A stretch of DNA of 57,000 nt from a virus (IMGVR_UViG_3300027792_000021:1-57000), one strand, 5' to 3'; numbered from the stretch's first letter, positions 1 through 10,245 are shown. Notes: generated by a model not told the origin, from the sequence alone. Made by a program: numbers and translations.

Positions 1-157
1 ATTAAGTACCCATAGCTCACTGTTAAAGCCAAAGGACGACTTAATTCTTCCCCAATAACTCAGGTCTTTAGGAAGAAATACAGGGCTTAGAGATGGTTGG
101 GAAACATCCCATGAGCAATATTTACAAGTATTCCAGATTTTAGGATACTTTGTCATT
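1..157. repeat. Direct repeat copy 1 (156/157 identical to 54940-55096); 5' part of the DUF1353-like gene
   Basis: Base-by-base comparison; single synonymous mismatch g115/a55054; identity ends just past the ATG of the gene. Confidence 0.97.
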
Positions 158-166
158 ATTCTTTAG

Positions 167-433
167 TTACATTGAATAAGTAATAGTAGTTGTATCATCC
201 ATATTATCTGTATAAGTATAAGTATATGGATATGGATAATAAGGATATTGGGGTGAGATAACTGATGGACAAATTGGAACATAAATGGGTTCTTTATTCT
301 TGCTAAAGATTTCGTTCAGCAATTCCTGTAATTTTTTAGCCTCAGCAGGGGATAACTCAATTTCTTTTTCCCCCATCTTTACAACAATTTTTGATACTTC
401 GATTTTTCTATCCATGTTATGATTTCTCCTCAT
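167..433 (-). CDS. Hypothetical protein (Tyr/Pro-rich C-terminus)
   Basis: 88-aa ORF overlapping the upstream stop, in operon. Confidence 0.6.
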   Translation of the reverse strand: MRRNHNMDRKIEVSKIVVKMGEKEIELSPAEAKKLQELLNEIFSKNKEPIYVPICPSVISPQYPYYPYPYTYTYTDNMDDTTTITYSM

Positions 434-1245
434 ACTCCATACACGGGTAAACTATTCTTAATCCATTCTATTTCAGGGTCTTTTATAGTTAAGTCCTGTC
501 CTCCTGATACTGCCAAGAAATACTCCTGTCCTATACCAGCCTCAGTATATGGAAAGCCCTCTTGCCATGTCCAATAATTAATAGGAAAAGTCTCATTCTT
601 TGGTTCTTCCAAAAAATAGTTTTGTATCTGCAAGTACGTCTCTTCTGAGAAATAACCGTAACGCTTAAGATAATAAGACAGAGATAAAGAATCATAGTAA
701 TATTCTGTACCTTCAGGAGTTTCAGTTAAAGTACAAACTATGTTAGGACACCATACGTCCTTACCATATTCACAGGCCAGCTTGCGTACCATTGCGCTAA
801 CCTGACGATGATGGATATGACCGTACTCTCCATGTGGGCTATGTGTCCATATCTCATGGACATCAGGATCAGCAACCAAGTCACGGAGTGCTACGTCATA
901 ACTATAATCAGTTATACTCGATTGCCTCTTTTCCTTATCAAGCCAATATTCGATATAAGTCTGGTAAGATGTAATGCCACGGGCGAAGTACCAATTAGCA
1001 TCATAACAACGTGAATATTTGTTGACTATGTTGGTATGTGCTGAGGTAATAGGGAGAGAGGCTATTATAACCTTGTCAAAGTTATTTAGGAAAGAGAGGA
1101 ACCAGGCCACGCAGTCATCTGTGTGACTTATAACCAGAATAGCATTTTTCTTCTGGTAATCAGTAGTACAGGATAAGACCTGTTTAGGCATTGCAAGACA
1201 CCCTCCCCCAACAATAGCTGATTTAAGAAATATCCGGCGTGTCAT
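430..1245 (-). CDS. Tat-signal PIG-L/LmbE-like de-N-acetylase
   Basis: Start re-assigned to MTRRIFLK (twin-arginine consensus); LVISHTDD resembles the HPDD metal motif; THSPHGEYGHIHH second motif. Confidence 0.7.
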   Translation of the reverse strand: MTRRIFLKSAIVGGGCLAMPKQVLSCTTDYQKKNAILVISHTDDCVAWFLSFLNNFDKVIIASLPITSAHTNIVNKYSRCYDANWYFARGITSYQTYIEYWLDKEKRQSSITDYSYDVALRDLVADPDVHEIWTHSPHGEYGHIHHRQVSAMVRKLACEYGKDVWCPNIVCTLTETPEGTEYYYDSLSLSYYLKRYGYFSEETYLQIQNYFLEEPKNETFPINYWTWQEGFPYTEAGIGQEYFLAVSGGQDLTIKDPEIEWIKNSLPVYGV

Positions 1246-1429
1246 TTTTTGACTTGTCCCTTGGTTTATTAATGGCCAACACATTAATAATATTCAAGAG
1301 CTTCTCTACCATCTTATCATCAACTTTGCTCGGAGTCAACTTGGCAACAATGCTTGCCGTTGTTACTATACCAGTTGCAATTAACAATATTGTTTCCCAA
1401 TTATCCATTATAAATAATACGGTTTCCAT
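1223..1429 (-). CDS. Holin-like small membrane protein
   Basis: 68 aa, N-terminal hydrophobic helix, TPSKVDD motif, basic tail, lysis-region position. Confidence 0.55.
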   Translation of the reverse strand: METVLFIMDNWETILLIATGIVTTASIVAKLTPSKVDDKMVEKLLNIINVLAINKPRDKSKNDTPDIS

Positions 1430-1437
1430 ATATTCTC

Positions 1438-1653
1438 CTATATATTCCTTGGCGTATTCTCTATAAGTTTATGTAAATTGTCTATTAATTTGGATAAGTT
1501 ATCTATCTTTTCAATTAATAGCTTCTGGCATGATTTCCGTCTCTCGTCACAAAGCTCCTCTGTTATTTTACCCCGTGAACCTAATGCTTTTCCTATGAAT
1601 CCTGAAACAAGAGCTATCACTATGCCAACTAACACTGATTCAAAAGTATTCAT
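1438..1653 (-). CDS. Small single-TM protein (holin/antiholin-like)
   Basis: N-terminal TM followed by coiled coil; AAGGA RBS. Confidence 0.5.
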   Translation of the reverse strand: MNTFESVLVGIVIALVSGFIGKALGSRGKITEELCDERRKSCQKLLIEKIDNLSKLIDNLHKLIENTPRNI

Positions 1654-1675
1654 TATTTTCCTTATGGAGCTTCGT
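1647..1675. repeat. Cassette boundary sequence, copy 1 (matches 56665-56694)
   Basis: tattcattattttccttatggagcttcgt versus tattcattatttctccttatggagcttcgt (1-nt indel). Confidence 0.85.
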
Positions 1676-1692
1676 ACTCGTATGTACTTATT

Positions 1693-3351
1693 TTATCTCA
1701 AACTGCATCCACTCAACCCTATCCCGTAAGTTCGGGACGGCATATTTGTACCACTATCAACTGTACCGCCAAGGACATCTATCTCTGCAACTGTAGTCCA
1801 CGCATCATTATCGTGGGAGCTTGTGGCTATTAACTTTACATATTGGCCTGTCACTGTGGTAAACAAATCCTCTTGTTCGTAGGCTGTATCAGTAAAGTTG
1901 CCGTCCGCCACAGCACTTCCCCAATTTGTCCCGTCTGTGCTCGTATAGAACTCATACCCGTTGATGCGTCCATTGTCACCGTCATCTTGTCTTGGCATAT
2001 ACCTAAACCCTGTTAGGTCATAAGATGCACCTAAGTTAATCTGGATTTCATGCGGGCATACGGGGTCAGACTCATACCATTCAGTGTGCCAGATTGTACT
2101 CTCGTTATCGTCAAATGCATTAGTAGCATTACCATCTTCCCCTGTTACTTCTTCACTATCCGCATATTTCAAACTCCAACCGGCTTTAGATATTTCGCTG
2201 GTTGAAGATTGTGCATAAAACTCCACGGCATCACTGTAACCATATCCAGCAGTGTTATAGGCATAGGATTTTAGATAATAATGCTGAGAGGGGTTTAGAC
2301 CAGTTATACTGCCTGTAAAAGCTCCAATATCACTTTCTCCGAAGTTACCAGTTTCTTCGGTGTGACTGTCTGCTATTGTAGGACTGCCAGTTGAGTTCCA
2401 ACAAAAACCTCTCTTCGTAGCGTTGTCAGACCCAACGTTGACTAAAGTACCTTGACCTGTTGCTGAAATGGAAGTGACGTCTGTAGGTTGGGAAACGGTT
2501 ACAGTTGGTGCAGAAGGAGCTGGTGAACTGGTAGGTGCTACCTCTGAATAGGATGAGTCTGCATCGCCAAGTCTATATTCATCTATATACACCGTTACTA
2601 TTTGGTGTACATCAATAGTTGCATAGATTCCATGCTTAAAAAATGGCCCATAGTTATCATTCGGCCAAGTCGGCCCTGAATAATCTTCTATCAAAATACC
2701 ATCTTTCCATATTTGTAAGTATCCATCGTTATCATAATCAAAAAAGACATGAACAACAAAATCAACCCACTCACCTATCTCATAAGCATCGTAAGTATTA
2801 TAAACTCCTTGAATAGTTCCGTCAGTACATTGGTTAGCATCATAATGAATCCAGTTATACCAATTACTATCAACTGTTTTAATCATTAACCCATGATGCC
2901 CGTCCTCAATCGGATCACAAGTAGGCGGACCATCTTGTGTAGTATGATATTGATGATGGCATATACTTCCTGTACTATAATTAGGACTTTCATAGCCGGT
3001 AGCAAGAAAGATGCTGAATCCAACCCAGTATTCAACACGTTGGGAAAAATACCATTCGGCTGGTGATGCACCAGTATTCCACAAGTTTCTTAATTGTATT
3101 TCTTGTCTAACTAATGTTCCATATACTGTTCCGGTAGCAGAAAATTTATATGACTTTGAGCCTGCCCTTGCCTGCTCAGAAGAAAGCTCCATACTTCCAG
3201 TACCAGAAGTTTCAGCTACCCAATCTCTGTCAGGATCTAATACCGTATCAATCTCATCCTCAAAATCCTCATAGAAAAGAATAGCGGAAGAAGCTGACGA
3301 TGCAAAAAATAGCAGACTAATTAGGATAATCAGCAATGGTTTTAAGTTCAT
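1693..3351 (-). CDS. Secreted multidomain protein: polysaccharide-lyase-like jelly roll + FN3-like + F5/8 type C (CBM32/discoidin)
   Basis: Signal peptide MNLKPLLIILISLLFFASSASSA; EYWVGFSIF, GEWVDFVVH and PFFKHGIY motifs; RGFCW...YAYNTAGYGY (FN3-like); NAFDDNESTIWHT...PHEIQINLG...YMPRQD (F5/8C). Confidence 0.8.
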   Translation of the reverse strand: MNLKPLLIILISLLFFASSASSAILFYEDFEDEIDTVLDPDRDWVAETSGTGSMELSSEQARAGSKSYKFSATGTVYGTLVRQEIQLRNLWNTGASPAEWYFSQRVEYWVGFSIFLATGYESPNYSTGSICHHQYHTTQDGPPTCDPIEDGHHGLMIKTVDSNWYNWIHYDANQCTDGTIQGVYNTYDAYEIGEWVDFVVHVFFDYDNDGYLQIWKDGILIEDYSGPTWPNDNYGPFFKHGIYATIDVHQIVTVYIDEYRLGDADSSYSEVAPTSSPAPSAPTVTVSQPTDVTSISATGQGTLVNVGSDNATKRGFCWNSTGSPTIADSHTEETGNFGESDIGAFTGSITGLNPSQHYYLKSYAYNTAGYGYSDAVEFYAQSSTSEISKAGWSLKYADSEEVTGEDGNATNAFDDNESTIWHTEWYESDPVCPHEIQINLGASYDLTGFRYMPRQDDGDNGRINGYEFYTSTDGTNWGSAVADGNFTDTAYEQEDLFTTVTGQYVKLIATSSHDNDAWTTVAEIDVLGGTVDSGTNMPSRTYGIGLSGCSLR

Positions 3352-4060
3352 TGAAATCCCTGTCTTTATCAGTAGATATTCTAACTTCATCTATAAAAAT
3401 ATCATTTGCTTCATCACTTATATTGCCTATGTGCAAAGTATCTGGTGTAAATGTACCTATTTCTGCCGAAGATGACCCTTTGCTAACTCCATCTACAAAT
3501 ACTTCACGATAATCTGTACTTACATCACATTTACACTCTATATAATACCAAGTTGTAGCATCAAGGTCAGCGTCAGCAATACTCAGTGATGTTCGTGTCA
3601 CATTTCCATCTTCCCAACTCCAATGCATTCCATCTGTGTCATATACATATATTCTAAATTTGTTATCAACATTTTGTTCAAGATTAAATATAACTGAATT
3701 ATCAGCAAATGTAGTTCTGTAATACCAGAATCCTATTGCGAGTTCATCAATTTCACCACTACCAGATACAGTAAAAGCTATATAGTCAGCATTGGTAGGA
3801 CAATCCAATCCATTTGTACCAAGTTTAACTGCATCTGTGTTAATAGCCGCTGACGGTGTCAAAATTCCAGTGGTATCACCCCATGCTGTGTAGTCATCTG
3901 TTCCGTTAGTAGCGGTGAAATCAGCAGCTTCACATCTCCACCAGAAAACAATGTCAGAATAATTATCGCCACTGCCTCCACCAAAGAACCCTCCGCTACC
4001 TACCCAACCGGCACAAGCAAGGCATATTAAGAGAATTGGTAGAACAATATATTTACTCAC
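3317..4060 (-). CDS. Secreted LamG/concanavalin-like lectin-fold protein
   Basis: GTG start with GAGGAGG RBS; hydrophobic N-terminus; TWYYIE, VFVDG and IDEVRIS motifs. Confidence 0.72.
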   Translation of the reverse strand: MSKYIVLPILLICLACAGWVGSGGFFGGGSGDNYSDIVFWWRCEAADFTATNGTDDYTAWGDTTGILTPSAAINTDAVKLGTNGLDCPTNADYIAFTVSGSGEIDELAIGFWYYRTTFADNSVIFNLEQNVDNKFRIYVYDTDGMHWSWEDGNVTRTSLSIADADLDATTWYYIECKCDVSTDYREVFVDGVSKGSSSAEIGTFTPDTLHIGNISDEANDIFIDEVRISTDKDRDFNELKTIADYPN

Positions 4061-6293
4061 TGGTCCATGCCTCCTCTCCATATCCCCATGTTTCATACCC
4101 GTCAGTGGTTGCGTTTGCATCTGTAACTGCCATCAGGAAAATGAAATCACCTGCATTGCCAGGGCTTTGAATCCCCGTACCTGCGGCAAGGGCTGTACCA
4201 TGCAAGTTTACTATTTCTCCGCCTTCAGGTCTAAGGATCAGAGTTTCAGAAGCATCTTTAACCTTGAATCCCACTATGTATCCGTAACCTACATCAGCGG
4301 CGGCATCCAAGGTAACAGTACAGGCTGCGCTGGCCTTATAGACAATAGCTCGCTGTTGAGATGTCGTAAGTGTAGCATTAGCTGATATTTCAGTGCCTAT
4401 TCTTGCAGCTCCTACAACATATCCGCCATCCAAAACCAGATTTTTCCCTGTAGGGATTTCCCAGGATGTGTCAGATTCATCATATTGAATTTGGGTTGTA
4501 TTGGCCCCTCCTTCCTGACTCCTGATATAAATATCACCGTTCTCCGCTCCGTCAGCACCATCAACGTACTGATAATCAATAGAACCTATGAACTTATCAG
4601 TGCCAGGACAATCAGAGTCTAAAAATCGTATTCGTGGACTGGCAGTTGCATCCATTTCATAGGCATCGGCAGTTATAGTCCCAGTTATATCAAGTCCATT
4701 CGCATCAAATAATCCTATTTGTGTGCCAGATACAGTAACAACCACCTGCTCTGTGACATTATCATCTACTACCTCGACACTGGAGTCGTCTTCTGATATT
4801 ATATCTCCTGATAATGCACTTTGCCCACATTTCCATGTATTTTCAGCTACGCAAGTACACAAAAGACCGTCCGTATCTTCATCAGTATCAACAAAAGTCT
4901 GCCCTACGCTACAAGTTGTAGGGCGAGATGTCCCATGAGCGGTTGTTACATTATCACCAGGTTCGTAAAATTGGCTGACGTCAGAAAGAGTTGAATAAAG
5001 ACTGTCCTCATCAGTAAGTGCTGGTTCAGCACCAATGTTGCTTAAAATAACAGTGGAATTGTCACTCCCAAGCATTGTTAATACATCAGTAGAAGGATCA
5101 ACCCCATGATATTTCTGTAAAATAGCACTTACCTTTAATGTAGCAGTATCAAGCAATAAGCCTGTACCTATCGCTATACCGAATACTGACTCAAGGCATC
5201 TTGCGTCTAACTGGTCTTGTGCATTGCTGGTTAAAGTACCAATGTATTGATACTCTGTACTTGAAACTGTCCCATCTCCTATTTTGGTAGCATTTACTCC
5301 AGTTGCCATACTCAAGGTAATAGCACCTGCCCCATTTGTCACAGTAACCTCGTTAGCTGTCCCTGTAAGCGTAGCAAGTACAGGATCGGTTGTACCATCC
5401 CCTATCGGGATCTGACCGTTTGTAGCCGCTCCCAGGGCTGTTATTGCCCCTGTTCCTGAACCAAGTAGAATACCGCCATCCGTAAATGTTGTCGCCCCCA
5501 TACCGCCTTGTGGTACGGTTAGAGGTGTGGTTAATCCGGCTAAAGAGGTTATATCAGAGTTAGCCCCGCTTGCGGCTGCTCCCAAATTGGTTCTTGCCCC
5601 CGTAGCATTGCCTGAGCCTGTACCACCTTCAGTAACCAACCAAGGATAAGCTGTATTCTCAAGATCAATAGTAATATTATCGTCTGACAAATCATACAGA
5701 GTAGAACATACGTCTAAAGCAGTACCATTAAGAGAAAGCCTGTCACTTAGGGAAACACCGAACACTGACTCAAGACATCTTGCGTCAAGAGCAGTATCAA
5801 AATCATTTAGTACTGCCTGAATATTATGATTAGTGCTGTTTTCAAATTCATCATATACACCAATTATATAAGCACCTGAATCGCTGGCACTTGTATATTC
5901 TTCTAATGATGTAGTTCCTGAATAAACTGACAGCAATGTTATTGAGTCTGCAAGGTTCCATGTCGAGCCAGATTGAGCAGTTACAGTCAATGTATTTGCT
6001 GTTTCATTATCAGCCCAAGGGTAAGCAGTATTTATGAAATTGGTTGTAATAGTACTATCAGACAAATCGCCGAGAGGAGCATAAGTTGTAGTAAAGAAAT
6101 ATGTATCAATATCTCCTATCGTAGTATATCTTGTAGCATAAGATAAAGAATAATCTTCTATAAGTACAGCATCATCAGAGGCAAGTTCTGTAACATGAGT
6201 TTTCTCATGTATTCTGAACTCACCGCTATATGCTATACCAATGCAGATAATTATTACTGAACTTAGTACTAACAACCACAATGACTTTTTCAT
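4053..6293 (-). CDS. Fibre-like protein with signal peptide
   Basis: Start MKKSLWLLVLSSVIIICIGIAYS; fibre motifs GGTGSGNATGARTNLGAAASGANSDITSL and GQIPIGDG; internal repeats LDARCLESVFG x2 and NTAYPW x2. Confidence 0.75.
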   Translation of the reverse strand: MKKSLWLLVLSSVIIICIGIAYSGEFRIHEKTHVTELASDDAVLIEDYSLSYATRYTTIGDIDTYFFTTTYAPLGDLSDSTITTNFINTAYPWADNETANTLTVTAQSGSTWNLADSITLLSVYSGTTSLEEYTSASDSGAYIIGVYDEFENSTNHNIQAVLNDFDTALDARCLESVFGVSLSDRLSLNGTALDVCSTLYDLSDDNITIDLENTAYPWLVTEGGTGSGNATGARTNLGAAASGANSDITSLAGLTTPLTVPQGGMGATTFTDGGILLGSGTGAITALGAATNGQIPIGDGTTDPVLATLTGTANEVTVTNGAGAITLSMATGVNATKIGDGTVSSTEYQYIGTLTSNAQDQLDARCLESVFGIAIGTGLLLDTATLKVSAILQKYHGVDPSTDVLTMLGSDNSTVILSNIGAEPALTDEDSLYSTLSDVSQFYEPGDNVTTAHGTSRPTTCSVGQTFVDTDEDTDGLLCTCVAENTWKCGQSALSGDIISEDDSSVEVVDDNVTEQVVVTVSGTQIGLFDANGLDITGTITADAYEMDATASPRIRFLDSDCPGTDKFIGSIDYQYVDGADGAENGDIYIRSQEGGANTTQIQYDESDTSWEIPTGKNLVLDGGYVVGAARIGTEISANATLTTSQQRAIVYKASAACTVTLDAAADVGYGYIVGFKVKDASETLILRPEGGEIVNLHGTALAAGTGIQSPGNAGDFIFLMAVTDANATTDGYETWGYGEEAWTSE

Positions 6294-6320
6294 AATATTT
6301 ATCCTTATGCTTTTAAAAAC

Positions 6321-6353
6321 GTGGGAGCAGGGAGGAGGGTTTCCTGCCCCCAC
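6321..6353 (-). terminator. GC-rich hairpin followed by T-run
   Basis: Minus strand gtgggggcagga-aaccctcc-tccctgctcccac then gttttt. Confidence 0.5.
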
Positions 6354-6393
6354 TGTGATCCCTTAACCATCACCGGTCTGGTTAAGGCCGAAT

Positions 6394-6726
6394 TTATTGC
6401 AACGGCACAGGTACATAACTGTCTACCCATGCCTGATAAGCCGCATCATAGTCGGCTTCCAACGTCTGCTTGGCAATGCTCACTTCATACTTGTTTATAA
6501 AGTCAGCAAGCTCATTCTTCATCTTGCGTACTAAACAAGCTTTGGGATCGAGTGTCTGTATCACCACTCCTTCATCATTAACCACTGTACAGTTTAAAGT
6601 ACCAACCGCAGCCTGTAATCTTGCTACATAGGCATCTGGCACTGTTATGGAAAGAGTTACATCAGCCGCCCCTACCGGAACTGCCATTGCCAAAGCCAAT
6701 ATCATTGCCAGAAATAATCTTTTCAT
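6394..6726 (-). CDS. Small secreted protein
   Basis: AAGGAG RBS; signal peptide MKRLFLAMILALAMAVPVGA; two Cys. Confidence 0.75.
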   Translation of the reverse strand: MKRLFLAMILALAMAVPVGAADVTLSITVPDAYVARLQAAVGTLNCTVVNDEGVVIQTLDPKACLVRKMKNELADFINKYEVSIAKQTLEADYDAAYQAWVDSYVPVPLQ

Positions 6727-6736
6727 TTGTTTCTCC

Positions 6737-8227
6737 TTACCAATTCTGCTTCGCCCCAGGGTGGCGATAAATATCGAAATCAAAAAGTGAATCTTTGTTA
6801 TATACAAATCCTGAGTCTATCTGAAACCAGCCTTGGTTCACAAGTCCTCTTTCTTTATAGATTTCCACTGCGTTTAGAGGCGGGGCTGTTACTTCGTAAA
6901 ATTTGAGGTTATCCAGCCAGATTTCTTCGCCTGCGGACATATTATTTACAAGCAGATATACTAAAGTTTCTGAATTAGCCACCAAGTATATCTCAAAAGG
7001 AGTAAAATCAGTAGAAGTTATAATTACATACCTCCCACCGCCACTGGCTTGATATAACCATACAAGTACCGAATTCCCTGCACCAACTTTAGCAACACCT
7101 GTTAATTTATATAATTTCTTTATTGTCAAATTAGACGACAACTCTTTAGTACTACTCAGATATACTTGTGCTCCGCCTTCACTATTTATATAGGTAAGAT
7201 GTAGAGTATTGCTATCTATTTCTATTAAGTTACTACCTGCTCTATACCACGATATATCCACCGGATACACCTTGTCCCCAGCATCCAAAGTAACGCTCGT
7301 GCCATCAGCAATAAACGTAGTCCCCACTACATTATCAGGTGCACCATCATCGGTGAAGTTACCATCAGTCCTTGCTGAAATCTCGTACATCGTACCGACT
7401 GTCAACGTCCCGCTACTCAACTCAGCCAGTCTCAGATCAGCCAAGGTAAACGCGCCCTTATCCCCTGCACCGCCTGAACCACCATTTTGATCGAACAGGT
7501 TGGTTCCAAGGGTTTCATCCCCACCATAAAGCGGAGAGACTAACTCGTTATATTCCCCTAACTTGACATATCCATAGGCATATTTCCCTGCACTATCGTC
7601 CAATACTATCAGGTCGCCATTGCTAACTACCCCTGGCTGAGTATTTGGGGAGGTTACTTCTTTGATGGAGCAAAGGGAATAGACGAGATCGGTGGACATA
7701 GACTCGGCACGGTTAATGTAAATCCTTGCAGTAACACAATTAGCGGGGGCCTGGAAATAATACGAGTATATTCCATTTGCTGTCCAGCCCATTTCTACAG
7801 AAGTTGTTATACCTTTAGAATTTGTTATATCATAAAAATTAAGCCTACAATCTCCTTCAATATAGTTAGAGATTGTTACTTGCAACCGATAATAACTGAG
7901 GGAAGTAACTGCAAAATTTCGATACATTCTAACATTGCTTGTACCATCACTAACCAATCTTGCTCCATCAGCATGTTCACTGATTGTGTTATTCGCATCT
8001 TCTCCAGTAACAGTCCAACTATCAGGATTATCCCCTGTCCATGCTGAAAAATCGCTGTTACTTAAAAGCTCAGCTCCAAGTATCTGCCCGCACCACCAGC
8101 TTTGCCCGTCATAGAACGAGCCTCTCATGTCGGTGTAGGAAGTCTCATCCTCGTAAGATATGCCTATGGATAGGGCAATGGAGGGGATCAGCCAAAGGGA
8201 TAGGAGTAAAAGAAATAACTTTTTCAT
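6737..8227 (-). CDS. Secreted protein with carbohydrate-binding-module-like (galactose-binding fold) domains
   Basis: Signal peptide MKKLFLLLLSLWLIPSIALS; ELLSNSDFSAW..P.SW start and IWLDNLKFYEV end typical of CBM4/9-like domains. Confidence 0.65.
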   Translation of the reverse strand: MKKLFLLLLSLWLIPSIALSIGISYEDETSYTDMRGSFYDGQSWWCGQILGAELLSNSDFSAWTGDNPDSWTVTGEDANNTISEHADGARLVSDGTSNVRMYRNFAVTSLSYYRLQVTISNYIEGDCRLNFYDITNSKGITTSVEMGWTANGIYSYYFQAPANCVTARIYINRAESMSTDLVYSLCSIKEVTSPNTQPGVVSNGDLIVLDDSAGKYAYGYVKLGEYNELVSPLYGGDETLGTNLFDQNGGSGGAGDKGAFTLADLRLAELSSGTLTVGTMYEISARTDGNFTDDGAPDNVVGTTFIADGTSVTLDAGDKVYPVDISWYRAGSNLIEIDSNTLHLTYINSEGGAQVYLSSTKELSSNLTIKKLYKLTGVAKVGAGNSVLVWLYQASGGGRYVIITSTDFTPFEIYLVANSETLVYLLVNNMSAGEEIWLDNLKFYEVTAPPLNAVEIYKERGLVNQGWFQIDSGFVYNKDSLFDFDIYRHPGAKQNW

Positions 8228-8229
8228 GG

Positions 8230-10245
8230 TTAGCTCCCCTTATTCTCCCATATACCGTTGCAACTATCACAGGCCCAATCATAGGTTGTGCCGTCTATGG
8301 TAAAGGTATGGCAGGTAATGGATTCACCCACGGCTGGCTGTTGCGTCCATACTTGGTGGCCGTCAGTTAAAGCTGTGCCGTCCAAGTATATCTTAGTAGT
8401 CGAACCTTCAGGATCTAAATAACAGTCAGCGGTCCCACCTGAAGCATCAACAATAAGTAGTTTGAACTTGAGGCCCTCGCCAACAGAAGTATCAGCGTCA
8501 GGGAGAGTAAATATCTGGTCATTTGCCCCACCCCAATCTTTATTAGTTATCAAGGTATCCAGGCAATGCGTGGCTGTTAAGGTGACAGCATCAGCAGAAA
8601 ATTCGTAGGTCTTGAATTTGCCAAATAGCTGCCCACTCACAGATAAATTTCCATCCTTATCAACTACAAATTTCTCTACGTTATCTCCATTGGCAAGTCT
8701 GAACAAATCACCATCTTTATACGCAATTAGTCCAGTAGTAGTTCCTCCCGCATAGGCTGAATCAAGAGTTAAGGTGTCTGCGTCTGTAATTCCGGCCACT
8801 GTAAAGATTTCATAGGCGACCATTAAACTTGCAGTAGAAGGAATCCGAATGGCATCACCGACTTCTAACTCTGTGGTAAAGGCAGTTCCAACGCCCTCAA
8901 GGGTGGTAGAAGTTTGCGTTGGACTAACTGTTCCGGTAAGTGCTGTTGACAGATTTCCAACAACATCAAGAGTAGCAGCGGGGTCTTTAGTATTTATACC
9001 AACAGAACGATCATCGCTAACTACAAATTGATCTGGGAAAAGACTATATTCGTCACTTGATTCAAGATAGAGATTAGAAGGAACAGTAGCCCCAGATGTG
9101 TTACTTTGTCTTGCATAAATTCTGGAGCCTGGGCTAAATGCAGGAGTTGTATTTTGCCCCTCAAACTGAATGATACCAAGATATTCATTCAGTACCGTTT
9201 GAACATCTGCCAATGTATTACTATGCGATTTTCTGAGCCTTATTTTACTATACTTAGAAGAACCTGCTTCATAGGTGGGCAAAAATAATTCTGCGTTGTC
9301 TGCTAAGTCTGTTATATCAAGATCTGCGGTTGGGGCAGTTGTTCCTATCCCAATACCAGCAAAAGAGGCTGTACCATTGCTGTCTAAATTACCGTTACCA
9401 TCAATAGACATGAATGAGCCAGTGCCTATTGAATTACCTTTACCCATATACCACAAGTCATCATCGTCAGCTTCGTTATCGCTGGTCTGGCCCATCCAGA
9501 ACCATGTATCGCCTGTTTGACCATCTTCAAATAAATATCCATCCCCTGCATTAAAGTAGGTCGATGCTGATATTGGGCCTGTTACACTCAAACCAGCAAA
9601 CATATCAACTGACCCATCATCATTTATACGGAATCTTAATGTTTCAGGAATAGTACCATTCCCGTCTGCACCATAGATTTCAAAATGACCAGCGTTCTTT
9701 ATTAACCAGTCATATTTGCCGATATACCGCCTTTCAAGCAAAATACCTACATAACCATCTGTATCCCGGCCTACGGTAAATTGACTCGCATCGGCTTCGA
9801 TGAGCTTATCTACCCCGTCATAGTAAAGACCATCATTATCCAGTGCTTTCCAGTCTGTACCGTTACACGAGTAACTGCCAGCCTGTACCGGCCCGATAGT
9901 TTGGATGGTCGTACCGGCATCATTCTTGACTACCAAGTCCTCGCCAGCACCATCAGACGTATTAACAAAGGTAAATACTATGTCCGTACTGTTAGATGCT
10001 TCGGCAGGTAAGGTAACGTTCCTGTCAGTACCATTGCAGTCAAAATACTGGATAGGCTTATCTGTAATGAGGATTGTCCTTGCGGCATTTAATGTTTCAG
10101 TATTATGGTCAAGCTCAAATACACTGATAGTGCCGGGGGCAGAAGGATCACCGCCATAAGTAGGCCCATGTCCCCCTATACCCATTTGACCATAGGCAAA
10201 TACAGGGAGCAAGAGCATAACAATTAGCAACCATAGTTTTTTCAT
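8230..10245 (-). CDS. Fibre-like protein with signal peptide
   Basis: MKKLWLLIVMLLLPVFAYG; fibre repeats GIGIGTTAPTADLDI and VGINTKDPAATLDV; VTLP/FTLP beta-sandwich domains at both ends. Confidence 0.75.
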   Translation of the reverse strand: MKKLWLLIVMLLLPVFAYGQMGIGGHGPTYGGDPSAPGTISVFELDHNTETLNAARTILITDKPIQYFDCNGTDRNVTLPAEASNSTDIVFTFVNTSDGAGEDLVVKNDAGTTIQTIGPVQAGSYSCNGTDWKALDNDGLYYDGVDKLIEADASQFTVGRDTDGYVGILLERRYIGKYDWLIKNAGHFEIYGADGNGTIPETLRFRINDDGSVDMFAGLSVTGPISASTYFNAGDGYLFEDGQTGDTWFWMGQTSDNEADDDDLWYMGKGNSIGTGSFMSIDGNGNLDSNGTASFAGIGIGTTAPTADLDITDLADNAELFLPTYEAGSSKYSKIRLRKSHSNTLADVQTVLNEYLGIIQFEGQNTTPAFSPGSRIYARQSNTSGATVPSNLYLESSDEYSLFPDQFVVSDDRSVGINTKDPAATLDVVGNLSTALTGTVSPTQTSTTLEGVGTAFTTELEVGDAIRIPSTASLMVAYEIFTVAGITDADTLTLDSAYAGGTTTGLIAYKDGDLFRLANGDNVEKFVVDKDGNLSVSGQLFGKFKTYEFSADAVTLTATHCLDTLITNKDWGGANDQIFTLPDADTSVGEGLKFKLLIVDASGGTADCYLDPEGSTTKIYLDGTALTDGHQVWTQQPAVGESITCHTFTIDGTTYDWACDSCNGIWENKGS

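Noticed and set aside
1-157. Simple terminal repeat or att site
   Set aside because: The repeat is inside a coding gene, truncated by the window edge, and phage-type genes continue beyond it; no integrase or host DNA seen
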